Made by a program: the position numbers and the translations under genes. This document shows, piece by piece, positions 24,570-34,478 of a DNA stretch of 64,000 nucleotides (the stretch's first letter is position 1; each line of letters opens with the position of its first letter). The DNA is taken from assembly GCA_049967475.1 (NCBI GenBank), contig JBMFSQ010000015.1, positions 22,465 through 86,464 of the forward strand, written 5' to 3'. The notes beneath the pieces are model-generated. The model did not search any database. It was not told the DNA's origin and worked only from the letters and a program-made list of their open reading frames with translations. The DNA is from Chthonomonadales bacterium. GTDB taxonomy: Bacteria; Armatimonadota; Chthonomonadetes; Chthonomonadales; CAJBBX01.

Positions 24570-26360
24570 TCAGTTCTGCGGCTGATCCTGCAGCCACTTG
24601 GCCCAGAGCGTGTCCCGGGCGAGGGCTAGATTGGCATAGGCAGACAAGTACGAGAGGGGATCCGGCACATAGATGGCGATACCGTGGGAGTTGCCGTTGA
24701 TGGTTCCGTGCTGCTCCGTGAGAACCGCCTGCTGGATTGCAGCCTGCACCCCGGAAGCTGCCTGCTGCAGATCGGCTGCTGCCGTGTTGGCTTTGATGAT
24801 GTTGGCGTAATCCCACAGGTCCTTATTCTCGGGGTAGGCGTAATTCTGTGCGGTATTGCGGGCGAGGACCTCGGCAGCGCGGCTGTCGCCGATGTGGGCG
24901 TCCAAGCTCGCGGCGAAGGTATTCAGGCGCTGGGCAAGTGTGGGCAGCTTGCTCGTGTCCACGACGGATTGAGTGATATTGGAGTTGGTTCCGTAGGATT
25001 GGAGGGTGTCTATGGCGATGCGGGCCCCGAAATCCGCCGGGCTCATGGAGGGGTTGGCTGCCAGATCGGCAAGGAACGTGTTGTAGGGATAGCCTTCACC
25101 CGGCGGGCTTTCTTCCGACCCTACGACGAGCGGGGTAACGTTGCGGATTTCGTAGGCCACCTCCATCATTTGCATGAGGGAGGCATCGAAGATGACCATG
25201 TCCAGTTTGGGCGTTACATTGAGGGCCATGGGAAGTTCCCATGTTTCGATTTCGTTGTTGGTAGAGTCGTCAATGGACACGGAGCGTGGGAAGGGGATGG
25301 CGCGGCGGTCTGGAGCGCTTCGAGTGGGGCGCCAGCCTGCGCCGTGGTTCCAGATGACCAGGGCGTAATGGTCGGCAGGGTAACGCTGCTGGGCCCAAGT
25401 GATGAAGGAATTGAGGGTGTGCCAATCACCCATATCTACGCCGGAGCCTAGGTTCTGCACCAGTTGGGAGTTCACGGTGCCGGTGTCCGTGTCATGGGTG
25501 ATGTAGTAACGCCGGGTGCCTACCCAATCGGGTGTGCCGCATGTAGCGCACGCGGCCTGCTTCCACTGCACCACGATATTCACATTCCCGGTTGAACCCA
25601 CCTGCTCCATCTGGTTGACATTGAGTGGACCGAACTCCTGAAGGTTGTTGGCTGCGTTGAGATAGACCATGAAGGTCCACTTCGCCCGCTGTGCCTGATT
25701 GAGGGTAATGGTACGGTTGACGGCTGTGCCGTTGAGGGTATTGAGCTGGAGCGTTCCGGTACCGTTGTTCACCGTGAGCTGGCCACTGATGCGGCCATCG
25801 GCGCTGCTGACGGTTCCCGTAGGCGACACCTGGATGAGACCGCCTCCCGACACGCTTCCTACAATCCCGTAGAGTGTACCGCTACCGAGCGGATCTACCG
25901 TGAGGAGGAGCGTGGTAGCTCCGGTGATATCCAGGAAGGTGCCGGCGAGGTTGGCTGTAGTCGCCCTTGCGGCCGATAGTATCGCGGTGAACGGGATGGT
26001 AGCGGTTCCTGTGCGGACCGTACCCGTTACAGTAGAGCCGTCGGGCGCCTCGGTAGCAGTGAACTGCACTGTGCCGTCTGAATTTTGGGAATAGAGCTTA
26101 CCGTCGGTAGTCTCGGTGCCTTGTGCAGCAGTGCCGGCCGGCAATGCAACGGGATCCTGGGCAAAGATGGTGTATCGGCCGAGGGGGTCTACCGTCAGGG
26201 CGACGACTTGGCTGTTGGAGGTGAAAAGGAAGGAGCGACCGAAGGGCACCGGGCCGGAAGAAGCGCCACCCGATCCGCCTCCGCAGCCGATGAGGGCAGG
26301 TAGGAGCAGAGCGGCAATCCAGGCGATGGCGGCGGAAGGACGAGGTCGGACGGGCACCAT
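24570..26360 (-). CDS. Clostripain (peptidase C11)-like lipoprotein with Ser in place of the catalytic Cys
   Basis: Lipobox LIGC plus Gly-rich linker; WTFMVY..NNL, WNHGAGW and FDASLMQMMEVAYE (canonical FDACLM). Confidence 0.88.
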   Translation of the reverse strand: MVPVRPRPSAAIAWIAALLLPALIGCGGGSGGASSGPVPFGRSFLFTSNSQVVALTVDPLGRYTIFAQDPVALPAGTAAQGTETTDGKLYSQNSDGTVQFTATEAPDGSTVTGTVRTGTATIPFTAILSAARATTANLAGTFLDITGATTLLLTVDPLGSGTLYGIVGSVSGGGLIQVSPTGTVSSADGRISGQLTVNNGTGTLQLNTLNGTAVNRTITLNQAQRAKWTFMVYLNAANNLQEFGPLNVNQMEQVGSTGNVNIVVQWKQAACATCGTPDWVGTRRYYITHDTDTGTVNSQLVQNLGSGVDMGDWHTLNSFITWAQQRYPADHYALVIWNHGAGWRPTRSAPDRRAIPFPRSVSIDDSTNNEIETWELPMALNVTPKLDMVIFDASLMQMMEVAYEIRNVTPLVVGSEESPPGEGYPYNTFLADLAANPSMSPADFGARIAIDTLQSYGTNSNITQSVVDTSKLPTLAQRLNTFAASLDAHIGDSRAAEVLARNTAQNYAYPENKDLWDYANIIKANTAAADLQQAASGVQAAIQQAVLTEQHGTINGNSHGIAIYVPDPLSYLSAYANLALARDTLWAKWLQDQPQN

Positions 26361-26552
26361 GGGGCGTGTATCTCCTATCGTTTGCGCCGGAAGGCTCCGG
26401 CGGCGTATCTCCACCTGTAACGGACGAAGCTGCGGCAAACGCGTGACGGCGGGGTTCGCGTTGGCTGGGGTCGCGGCTGCCGATCAATACGTTTACCGGC
26501 AAAAGGGGCGGCAGCGTTCCCGAGGCCAACCCTTTGCTGCGGCGGATCTTGT

Positions 26553-27707
26553 TTACTTGGAAGGCGTGGAGCTTGCGCCATCTTTGGACGACGGCGGAGC
26601 ACTCGGCGCCGCATGCATGGGGTGCAGCCGCACGAGGACGCGGATCGTCGGAGAGGCGCCGCCGCTCCCGCCGAAGGACCTGCCGGCGCCTTTGTTCTCA
26701 GGGGCAAACCGGTTCTGGAGTTGTAACAGCCCCTTTGCAAGCTCTTGCCGCAGCGCGTCGAAGCGGTTCGCCGGTATGAGTACCGCTACGATGCGCACCT
26801 CCGCCTCTTTGCCGGGGGATCCGGATGCATTGCCTTCCATTCTTGTTCTGACCGCTCGTCCCGGAGGGATCCCATCAGATTGCTGGGGAAGGGGCGGGGC
26901 CGTGTCGAGGTGCGCTCCCAAAGAATGGGCGATGCGCCGCACGGCATCTTCTGCGGCAGGAAGGTCGGCAACCGTAAAATCTAGGGCGGGCGAAGCTTCC
27001 GGAGCTCCTCCAGGTGCGGTTGGTTCCGCAATGGAGGCAGGGGCGGCGGCCTTCATCATTCGGAGAGCCTGCGGGCCGGCGGTATACGCGCCACCCATTC
27101 CTTCAGCCAAGCGTTCTTCGGGGTGTTCTGTAGGAGGCTGGGGAAGGGCGGCTACCATCACAGGCTGCTCGGGCGGCAGCGGGCGATGCGATCGCGAAGG
27201 TGCGACCACAGGTGGAGGCGCAGCGCCGGCGACAGGAGGCTGCGGCCGAGATTGGGTTGCATGGGCTGCCTCTGCCATCCTCGTCTTTGCAAGCGGCGCT
27301 TCCTTAGAGAAGTGCTCGCTCGCGTACCGATTGCCTGCTGCGGAAGGGCCGGCTGCCTTGGTGACGGCTTGGGTGGGCAGCTCTGGGTGGCGCCATACCA
27401 CCCATACAGCGATCACTGCACAGAGGCCGGCTCCGGCAACGGCGGGCACGGCATAGCGGCGCGGGAAGGATCGCTGAAGTCTTGGTGCCGGCGGAGGCAG
27501 AGCATCGAGGATCCTGCTGCGCAAGCCCGGCGGAGGCGTCGCTCGGTCCGCCTCGCCAAGCGCTCTGGTGATGGAACGAAGCTCGGCTATTCGCGTTCGG
27601 CATGCGTTGCAGTGTGCGACGTGTTTGCGGATGCGCCAGGCCAGCAAGCGGTTGAGCTCGCCATCCATAAAGGCTTTCAAGTTGGGTTGGGCCTGGCTGC
27701 ACCGCAT
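26553..27707 (-). CDS. Zinc-binding (ZAS, zf-HC2) transmembrane anti-sigma factor
   Basis: C...MDGEL...HVAHCNAC motif; one TM helix; overlaps the ECF sigma stop. Confidence 0.88.
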   Translation of the reverse strand: MRCSQAQPNLKAFMDGELNRLLAWRIRKHVAHCNACRTRIAELRSITRALGEADRATPPPGLRSRILDALPPPAPRLQRSFPRRYAVPAVAGAGLCAVIAVWVVWRHPELPTQAVTKAAGPSAAGNRYASEHFSKEAPLAKTRMAEAAHATQSRPQPPVAGAAPPPVVAPSRSHRPLPPEQPVMVAALPQPPTEHPEERLAEGMGGAYTAGPQALRMMKAAAPASIAEPTAPGGAPEASPALDFTVADLPAAEDAVRRIAHSLGAHLDTAPPLPQQSDGIPPGRAVRTRMEGNASGSPGKEAEVRIVAVLIPANRFDALRQELAKGLLQLQNRFAPENKGAGRSFGGSGGASPTIRVLVRLHPMHAAPSAPPSSKDGASSTPSK

Positions 27708-28330
27708 CACAAGGTCTCCTTGCCGGGGAGGTCTTTCAGAAGTTCCCTCAGGCGCGCGAATGCGTTGGAGAGGCGTGATTTCACCGTACCCACGGGGATG
27801 CCCAGAACGGCAGCGCACTCCCCATAGGTGAGCCCGTGGAGTTCGTGGAGGATTACCACATCTCGATGAAGGGGGTCCAATTGATCCAAAGCGCGTTCCA
27901 CATCGCCGGCAAGGCATTGAAGGGAAGCAGCCTCCAGCGGATCCGCAGTACGAGCGGTATCGGGTATTTGCAGCCGGTCATGGAGCGGCAGGTTCTCCGG
28001 CCGTCTCTTTCTGGCGTACTGCAGGCAATGATTGAGGGCGATGCGGTAGATCCAGGTTCCGAGGCTCGATGCGCCTCTAAAGCTGGGGATCGCCTGGTAC
28101 ACAGCCACGAAGACCTCCTGCGTCAGATCCTCGGCATCTTGCGGGGTTTCGGCATAGCGCAGGGCCAGGCGGTAGATGCGGGCTTCATACCGCTCCATAA
28201 GTTGTGCGAAGACCGTTTGATCTCCGCGGCGCAACTGTTGCAGGATCCTCTGCTCATCGTACACGGCCGACGCATCCTCGCCTCGCGGCCCAGCGTCGCC
28301 TCCTATACGATTGGTTGCGCTGGGGCGCAC
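27707..28330 (-). CDS. ECF RNA polymerase sigma factor
   Basis: DAEDLTQEVF, TWIYRIALN and GIPVGTVKSRL motifs; start uncertain. Confidence 0.95.
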   Translation of the reverse strand: MRPSATNRIGGDAGPRGEDASAVYDEQRILQQLRRGDQTVFAQLMERYEARIYRLALRYAETPQDAEDLTQEVFVAVYQAIPSFRGASSLGTWIYRIALNHCLQYARKRRPENLPLHDRLQIPDTARTADPLEAASLQCLAGDVERALDQLDPLHRDVVILHELHGLTYGECAAVLGIPVGTVKSRLSNAFARLRELLKDLPGKETL

Positions 28331-28336
28331 GAGGGT

Positions 28337-29821
28337 TCACTGACTGCGGCTGAGGGCCGCTATGCGTTTGAGGGCTTCCTCAGCGCTATTACGGATCTGC
28401 GGGTTTGGTGACGCAGCGAACCTCTGGAGGGCATCGGCTGCCTGAGGTCCACCCATGGATCCGAGGGCGACGATCGCCCACCGCTGTGCGTTGGGAGAGC
28501 GCTGTGCGGCACGCTCGATATCCTCCACGGTGTCTTGACCTTGGCGCGCAAGAGCTCTGGCTGCAAAGTAGGCTTGAGTGTCGGGCCCTGCGAGGGCGGC
28601 GATGAGGGCGGGCCGTGCCGGAGCGCCGATGGCTGCCAGCGCCGTGGATGCGGCTTCGGCGACGTCGCCGTTTGGGTCTCTCAGCAGTGCGATAAGAGGC
28701 TTTACGGCGGGTTCATTCCCGGGGAAGCCCAGCGCCAGCGCAGCCTGAACGCGCACTTCGGCATGCCGGTCGTGGAGCAAAGCGACGAGGCCTGCGTCGG
28801 CCTTCTGTGTCTGGATGCTCGCCAGAGCCTGGGCAGCGCGAAGGCGCAGCCTCGTGTCCGGCTGTTTGAGGGCGGCGAGGAGGGCAGGAACCGCCGGCAT
28901 TCCGGCACGCGCCAACCCCGACACTGCCGCCAACTCGACTTTGAGATCATAATCGGTGAGGGCTTTGATGAGCGCCGTGATCGCCTCGGGAGTAGCGATC
29001 TTGCCGAGGCCCGTGGCTGCCTGGGCACGCGCCTCGTTATCTTCGTTGGGGTTCTGCAGAGCTTGGATGAGTGCCTGTTCGCCCGACTTGTCTGCGATGA
29101 GCGCTATGGCGCCTACTGCTACGCGATGGACTGTGGGCGTGTTATCGAGCATGGGCAAGAGGTAGGGGATGGCCGCAGGGTTGCCCACTTTGCCCAGTGC
29201 GTCGCACGCTGCCGCGCGTACCCCTTCATCGGGGTCCTTGAGGTAGGGGATGAGTGTCTTTACGGACACGTCGCTTTGGGCCTTGAATGAGCCGAGCACG
29301 TCTCCGGCCGAAGACCGCGCCCCGGCCTCTTTCTTCATGATCTCACAGACCTTGGGGATGATGCGGAGGGCTTCCTGCGGATCTTTGAGGCCCAATCGCT
29401 GCAGAGCGCGGACCGAGCCATTCCTCTGATTGGCGTCGCCTTCCTTGATGCCGGCCACCAGATTGTCCAGGTTCTTGTCGCTGCGAGCGGCGAGTTCTAC
29501 GAGGGCATCCTGCGCTCGATCACGCACGGGTTTGTCTTGATCCTTCAGCATAGCATCGAGCTGGGTAACTGCTTCCGGGGTGCCGAGGGCTACCAAGGCA
29601 TTGATCACGCGGAGTCGCGTGGAGAGCGGCTCGCCGGTTATGGAATCAGCGAACTGTTCTTGCTTGATGAGCTCTGCTGCAGCAGCCGCCGCTGCCTTAG
29701 GATCCGGTCCGGCCATGGCGTTGACCAGGGCTCGCATGTGAAGGGAATGGCTCACCGCGAGACCCACCACGAGGGCAACGATGGCTCCGAAGGCAGCGTA
29801 TCCCAGGTATTTCTGCTTCAT
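28337..29821 (-). CDS. HEAT/PBS-lyase repeat protein with N-terminal membrane anchor
   Basis: Repeated L.D....VR..A..ALG units; N-terminal hydrophobic helix; RBS ggagg before MKQKYLG. Confidence 0.9.
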   Translation of the reverse strand: MKQKYLGYAAFGAIVALVVGLAVSHSLHMRALVNAMAGPDPKAAAAAAAELIKQEQFADSITGEPLSTRLRVINALVALGTPEAVTQLDAMLKDQDKPVRDRAQDALVELAARSDKNLDNLVAGIKEGDANQRNGSVRALQRLGLKDPQEALRIIPKVCEIMKKEAGARSSAGDVLGSFKAQSDVSVKTLIPYLKDPDEGVRAAACDALGKVGNPAAIPYLLPMLDNTPTVHRVAVGAIALIADKSGEQALIQALQNPNEDNEARAQAATGLGKIATPEAITALIKALTDYDLKVELAAVSGLARAGMPAVPALLAALKQPDTRLRLRAAQALASIQTQKADAGLVALLHDRHAEVRVQAALALGFPGNEPAVKPLIALLRDPNGDVAEAASTALAAIGAPARPALIAALAGPDTQAYFAARALARQGQDTVEDIERAAQRSPNAQRWAIVALGSMGGPQAADALQRFAASPNPQIRNSAEEALKRIAALSRSQ

Positions 29822-29871
29822 AAAGCACCTCCGCAGGTTTGCCGGTAATGAGCGACACGCCCCGCCCCGTG

Positions 29872-31722
29872 CTATTGGGACAAAGCGTTCACAAAGCTGC
29901 TGCACGTTACCATGGCTAGGATCGGCACGGCAACCGCCCAGAACTTCCACCGCTGGGGCGAAAAGACCTGCACCAGAAGCATCATCCCTATAGGTATCCC
30001 CACCCCTGCCATCGAGGAGGGGCTTGCCACGAACTCGCCGTGTGCAACCGACATTGCGCCCAGCATCATGAGCATCAGCGCCATCATCGCGCCGCAGGCG
30101 TATCGTTCGTTGGCTCCCAAGTCGGCCGCAATGCTCACGAGCAGAAGCATTCCCAGCAGAAGGCCGGAGGCAAGCAAGGCGGCCGGCACAAGATAAGCCG
30201 CAGTGGCGGCATGGGCTAACAGTCCCACGAAGGCGGCCGGCATCAGAGCGCAGGCAAAAAGGGGGATCCACCACACGGCAGCCTGGCCAAAAGTGCGGCG
30301 GGGCGGCAATACGCCGATTTGGATCGGTATGGTTACAGACGCTCCGTCGCCTTCGATGCGGATAGCATCATGGTACTCTCCAGGCTCCCACACCAGGCCG
30401 CTGTTTATTGTGATCATCAGGGTTTGAGCGCGCCGGTCCAGAACAAGGGGGCGCACGGTAACCCAAGGCGGCGCTCCGGTCACGCGGGCCATGGCCCTGC
30501 GCCTGCCGTTCCTGAGGCGAACGCGGATGCGCGCCGTACGCTCCTCTCCCTTTCGCACCCCGGCAACGGTGATGGCCGGCGGATCGGCCTCAATGGTGAG
30601 GGGCGGTGTCACGGCCGGGCGTACAATCCCTATGCGTTGGAGCAATCCCTGGCGCGCGGATGCAGATTGGGGGGCGCGGGCCTCCGGGATTGTGGGTGCA
30701 GCATCTTCGGAGCCGGCGGAACCGGAAAGGATAGGAGGGCGCAATACAACGGGAGCGTGCGCCGCAGCGCGTTCTTTGCTTTGGAGAACCGCCCCTGCGT
30801 TGCCGACACCATTTCGGTAATCCACTACAGCCTGAGGATGGAAGGAAGGGTTCGGGTACGAAATATGGCGAGACTGCGGCGTCCGGACACTCGATCCGTC
30901 GGGCGATGGCGCAACTTCTTGGTTGACCAATTGTTGGATATCATGCAGGAACTCTGCGGCGGTGGAGTATCTTTGGGTCTTTTCGCGGGCGAGGGCGCGC
31001 GCGATGACGGCTTGGAGCTTCAACGGAGCATCCGGCAGGTAGCGGGTGAGGGGGGTGGGATCTTCATTGAGGAGGATCCTGCGCCAGGCGAAGGGATCTT
31101 TGGGACGAGCGGGGCAGAATGGGCGGTGGCCGGTGAGCATCTCGTACAGCGTTACACCCACGGCCCAGAGATCGCTGCGGTGATCCGAATGCCGTTCCTC
31201 GTCGAAGTCCTCGGGAGCCATGTAGGCGTACGTTCCAGCCCCGCCGGCATAGGAATTGGTGGCCAGGATCTCCGCGAGGCCGAAGTCCACGAGTTTCACC
31301 ACATCGCCGGCTGCCACGAGGATGTTGGCCGGCTTGATGTCTCGGTGGATTACGTGGAGGCGATGGGCGTAATCCAGAGCCTGAAGTACCTGCGAAGCGA
31401 TGGAGAGGGCGCGTTCCTGAGCAAGGCACCCTTCGGTTCGCAGCATCTGCTGCAGATTAGGGCCGTCCACGTACTCCATATCGAGGACTACGCGCCCGTC
31501 TATCACGTCTACGCCGTTGACATGCACGATATTGGGATGATCGAGGCGATCCAGAAGGCGGGCTTCCTCGAGGAAGCGGGTGACGTCTCCTGCGTGAATG
31601 TCTATCTCTTTGAGGGCCACGAGGCGGCGCAGGAGTGTGTCCCGGGCGAGGTACACAATGCCCGTGGCTCCATGACCAAGCACGCTCAATCGCTCATATT
31701 TGCCGATGTTATCTAGGCGCAT
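29872..31722 (-). CDS. Hanks-type Ser/Thr protein kinase with an Ig/BACON-like region and ~4 C-terminal TM helices
   Basis: GHGATG, VALK, HRDIKPAN, DFG, GTYAYMAPE and DLWAVG motifs. Confidence 0.95.
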   Translation of the reverse strand: MRLDNIGKYERLSVLGHGATGIVYLARDTLLRRLVALKEIDIHAGDVTRFLEEARLLDRLDHPNIVHVNGVDVIDGRVVLDMEYVDGPNLQQMLRTEGCLAQERALSIASQVLQALDYAHRLHVIHRDIKPANILVAAGDVVKLVDFGLAEILATNSYAGGAGTYAYMAPEDFDEERHSDHRSDLWAVGVTLYEMLTGHRPFCPARPKDPFAWRRILLNEDPTPLTRYLPDAPLKLQAVIARALAREKTQRYSTAAEFLHDIQQLVNQEVAPSPDGSSVRTPQSRHISYPNPSFHPQAVVDYRNGVGNAGAVLQSKERAAAHAPVVLRPPILSGSAGSEDAAPTIPEARAPQSASARQGLLQRIGIVRPAVTPPLTIEADPPAITVAGVRKGEERTARIRVRLRNGRRRAMARVTGAPPWVTVRPLVLDRRAQTLMITINSGLVWEPGEYHDAIRIEGDGASVTIPIQIGVLPPRRTFGQAAVWWIPLFACALMPAAFVGLLAHAATAAYLVPAALLASGLLLGMLLLVSIAADLGANERYACGAMMALMLMMLGAMSVAHGEFVASPSSMAGVGIPIGMMLLVQVFSPQRWKFWAVAVPILAMVTCSSFVNALSQ

Positions 31723-33172
31723 AGCTCTTGCCGGCTGCAGGAACGGGACCTATCCGAGGGGCAAGTGGGCGCGGTCGCAGGACCTTGAGGATATGGCCGT
31801 CCACAACATAGACGTTGCCGGCTCCGTCTACTGCGATGCCCTGGGGATCGTTCAGGGAGCCGACGCCGATTTCCGCCACACGCGTGCCGGATGGGTCATA
31901 CTTGTGAACGCGGCGGGCGTACCGGTCGGACACATAGAGGAAGCCGCGGGCATCAACCGCCCAATATTGCGGAGCAGGTGAGGCTTTGGCTGCCCGCGGG
32001 TCGGGGGGCCCGAAGTCCGGAGTTGGGCCTTCGGCCCGAGAGATGCGGAGAATGCGCCCGGAGAGGGAGAGGGCGTAGATATTGCCGGATGTGTCACATG
32101 CCAGCGGCGCTCCTTGAACCGGCTTAGATGTAACGATCTCCGGCGGCCCATACTCCACAGCAGCTTCCTGGACTGCACCGGCGTTTTCCTTCAACGGTTG
32201 TACGGGAACGGGCGGCGGAATGAGGAAGCCGCGCAAGAAGAGGTAAGCCGTGACTGCAGAGAGGATCGCCACCAGCACGAGGAAGGATGTTGGGCCCCGG
32301 CGATGGGATGACCGCGGCGCCGCAGCCAATACGTCCAGGGGCGGTACGTAAGACGCGTCCTCGTCCAGGTTTGGCGGGAGTACAACGGGTTCGAAGGGAC
32401 CGAAGTGCACTACGATTACGGTGATGTTGTCGGCGCCGCCTTGAAGGTTGGCCGAGGCCACCAGGCGGTCAGCCGCTTCTTGAGCGGAGGGCGCGGCGGC
32501 TAGGATGCGGGCGATCTGCGGATCCGTAAGCATCGTGCTCAGGCCGTCCGTGCAGAGCAGCAGCGCATCACCGGGTGCGAGATCCACCAGGTCTACATCG
32601 GGTTGAACCGTAGGAGCCCCTCCGATTACCCGCGTGATGACGTTTCGGAAGCGGCTGACGCGCGCCTCAGCAGGGGAAAGCTCGCCGGCGTTCACGTAGT
32701 CTTGTACCAAAGAGTGGTCGCAGGTAATCTGGGTCAGAACGCCTTGGCGAAGGCGATATACGCGGCTGTCGCCCACGTTTCCGACGGCGGCCACGTGTCC
32801 GACAATCAGCGCAGCGACGCACGTGGTGCCCATTCCCTGGAACTCTGGGTCCTGGGTGGCTCGGCGCCACACTGCCTCGTTGGCAGCTTCGAGGGCCTTG
32901 TGGAGGGTGCGCACCAGGAACTCGGGTATCGCTTCGGCTTGAAGTTCTTCGAGGCAGCCCGCTACAGTGGCGGCCACCGTGTCCACGGCGATGCGGCTGG
33001 CGACTTCCCCTCCGGCGCGGCCGCCCATTCCATCGGCCACAACGAACAGCCCGTCGGCTCGTGACGCGAGCTCCTGGCGCAGCCATACGCCGGCAGCGTC
33101 TTGGTTCATGCGGCGCACGCGGCCGGTGTCTGTGGCAAATCCGGTATCCAATTGAGGGGTCTGCGTCTGCAT
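31709..33172 (-). CDS. PP2C-family Ser/Thr phosphatase (Stp1/PstP-like) with TM helix and NHL-repeat C-terminus
   Basis: GRVRRMNQD, VADGMGG, GMGTT, NVGDSR, CTDGL and GGADN motifs; PQGIAVDGAGNVYVVD NHL repeat. Confidence 0.95.
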   Translation of the reverse strand: MQTQTPQLDTGFATDTGRVRRMNQDAAGVWLRQELASRADGLFVVADGMGGRAGGEVASRIAVDTVAATVAGCLEELQAEAIPEFLVRTLHKALEAANEAVWRRATQDPEFQGMGTTCVAALIVGHVAAVGNVGDSRVYRLRQGVLTQITCDHSLVQDYVNAGELSPAEARVSRFRNVITRVIGGAPTVQPDVDLVDLAPGDALLLCTDGLSTMLTDPQIARILAAAPSAQEAADRLVASANLQGGADNITVIVVHFGPFEPVVLPPNLDEDASYVPPLDVLAAAPRSSHRRGPTSFLVLVAILSAVTAYLFLRGFLIPPPVPVQPLKENAGAVQEAAVEYGPPEIVTSKPVQGAPLACDTSGNIYALSLSGRILRISRAEGPTPDFGPPDPRAAKASPAPQYWAVDARGFLYVSDRYARRVHKYDPSGTRVAEIGVGSLNDPQGIAVDGAGNVYVVDGHILKVLRPRPLAPRIGPVPAAGKSYAPR

Positions 33173-33186
33173 TGTGCGTATGGGGG

Positions 33187-33285
33187 TCAATCGAGATCGC
33201 GCCGTATCAGCCAAGCAATGTAAGCGGCCAGAAACAGGAGCATGGCCAGAAAGATGAACCGAGCTATGCCCAGCAATACGTTCAC
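33187..33285 (-). CDS. 32-aa membrane microprotein resembling the N-terminal anchor of FhaB
   Basis: MNVLLGIARFIFLAMLLFLAAYIAWLIRRDLD; GTGA overlap with the fhaA stop; purine-rich RBS; absent from the ORF track. Confidence 0.75.
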   Translation of the reverse strand: MNVLLGIARFIFLAMLLFLAAYIAWLIRRDLD

Positions 33286-34406
33286 GGCCCTTCTCCATCC
33301 AGGCGAAAAGCCAGGATCCCGAAGATGATGCGGTCCCCAGGTTCCACGGATGCTGCCGCCCCAGGAGGAACGCTCACGCCGTTGACTTTGACCACACCCT
33401 GGGGATCCAGTGCCTCGACGGTGCAGGGGCGGCCGGTGCGGATGAGGGCATGGCGCATGGCAACAGATGCATCCCGAAGCACAATGTCGCTGGTTGGAGC
33501 CCTGCCTACGAGGGTTTCCGGGGCGATCGGGTATCGGGCGGCCTCGCCTGGTCCTTCGATCTGCACCAGATGCATCACCGATGATGTTGCGGGCGGCATG
33601 GCTGCCTGGGCGGGAGTATGCTGGTGGAATTGGATGCGGGTGGCGCCGATGCGGATTTCGTCGCCATCGTTCAGGGTGGTGTTATCTACGCGGTGACCAT
33701 TCACCTGGGTGCCGTTGGTGGTGTCCAGATCATAAAGAGTGAATTTGCCGTCCCTCTCCAGTTCCAGGCGCACATGTCGGCGGGACACCATTCCGTCTCG
33801 GTTCAGTACAAGGTCGTTGGCTGCGTGAGCCGAACGCCCAATCGTGAAGGCCCTGCCATAGATCGGTACGTCAAATGGGGGCCGGTCGGCTGTGTGGACT
33901 GTAAGGGTAGCGATGGGCACGCCAGGGACCGTAGGTTGATCGGAGAGTTCGTCTGCTGGGAGGGTGGCCTCGTCCGGTGAAGGTGGCTCTGCGAGCACCG
34001 GTGCAGGCGGCCGTCCCGACGGAGATTGGCGCGGACTGTACCGGCACCTAATACGCACTTTGCTGTGGCCGCGATGCTCCGCCGGGTCAATTTCTCGGAT
34101 GGTGAAATCCAGAGGGCCGCGGATCTCATATCCGTTCTGGCGGCAGTAGCGCACGATTGCAGCCTCGAGTTCCTCGCGATCCAGGAACGAGTAGAGATAG
34201 TCCCGTTCCTCTTCATCTTCTACGGCAAGCTCGATGATATACCGATTGGGCACGTAGACGCGGCCGTCCACCCCTTCCTTGCAGTGCTCTTCCAGGGCGA
34301 CGATAATCTTGCGGAGGATATCTTTGGGGCGCACGTCGTCGCCTGCTCCAAAGAGCCCTTCATACCACGCGCCAAAGGCTCGGTTGATTTTCTCGAACAC
34401 GTCCAT
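33282..34406 (-). CDS. fhaA: FhaA-like protein: DUF3662 domain plus two FHA domains
   Basis: VRPKDILRKI..VYVPNRY (DUF3662); IGRS..VSRRH..TTNGT (FHA1); VGRAP..VAMRHA (FHA2). Confidence 0.9.
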   Translation of the reverse strand: MDVFEKINRAFGAWYEGLFGAGDDVRPKDILRKIIVALEEHCKEGVDGRVYVPNRYIIELAVEDEEERDYLYSFLDREELEAAIVRYCRQNGYEIRGPLDFTIREIDPAEHRGHSKVRIRCRYSPRQSPSGRPPAPVLAEPPSPDEATLPADELSDQPTVPGVPIATLTVHTADRPPFDVPIYGRAFTIGRSAHAANDLVLNRDGMVSRRHVRLELERDGKFTLYDLDTTNGTQVNGHRVDNTTLNDGDEIRIGATRIQFHQHTPAQAAMPPATSSVMHLVQIEGPGEAARYPIAPETLVGRAPTSDIVLRDASVAMRHALIRTGRPCTVEALDPQGVVKVNGVSVPPGAAASVEPGDRIIFGILAFRLDGEGP

Positions 34407-34448
34407 GAAAGAGTACTCCCCGGGGGTCTCCGCAGCCTGAGCTTTCTT

Positions 34449-34478
34449 ATTGTATCGCGCCACGGTGCGGGGCGTCAA
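34449..34478 (-). promoter_or_regulatory. Sigma70 promoter of the fhaA cluster
   Basis: TTGACG-N18-TACAAT on the minus strand. Confidence 0.7.

Noticed and set aside
26116..27456. 446-aa plus-strand ORF and similar long ORFs (30319..31716, 5193..6161, 56681..57640)
   Set aside because: High-GC antisense shadows of well-supported genes.
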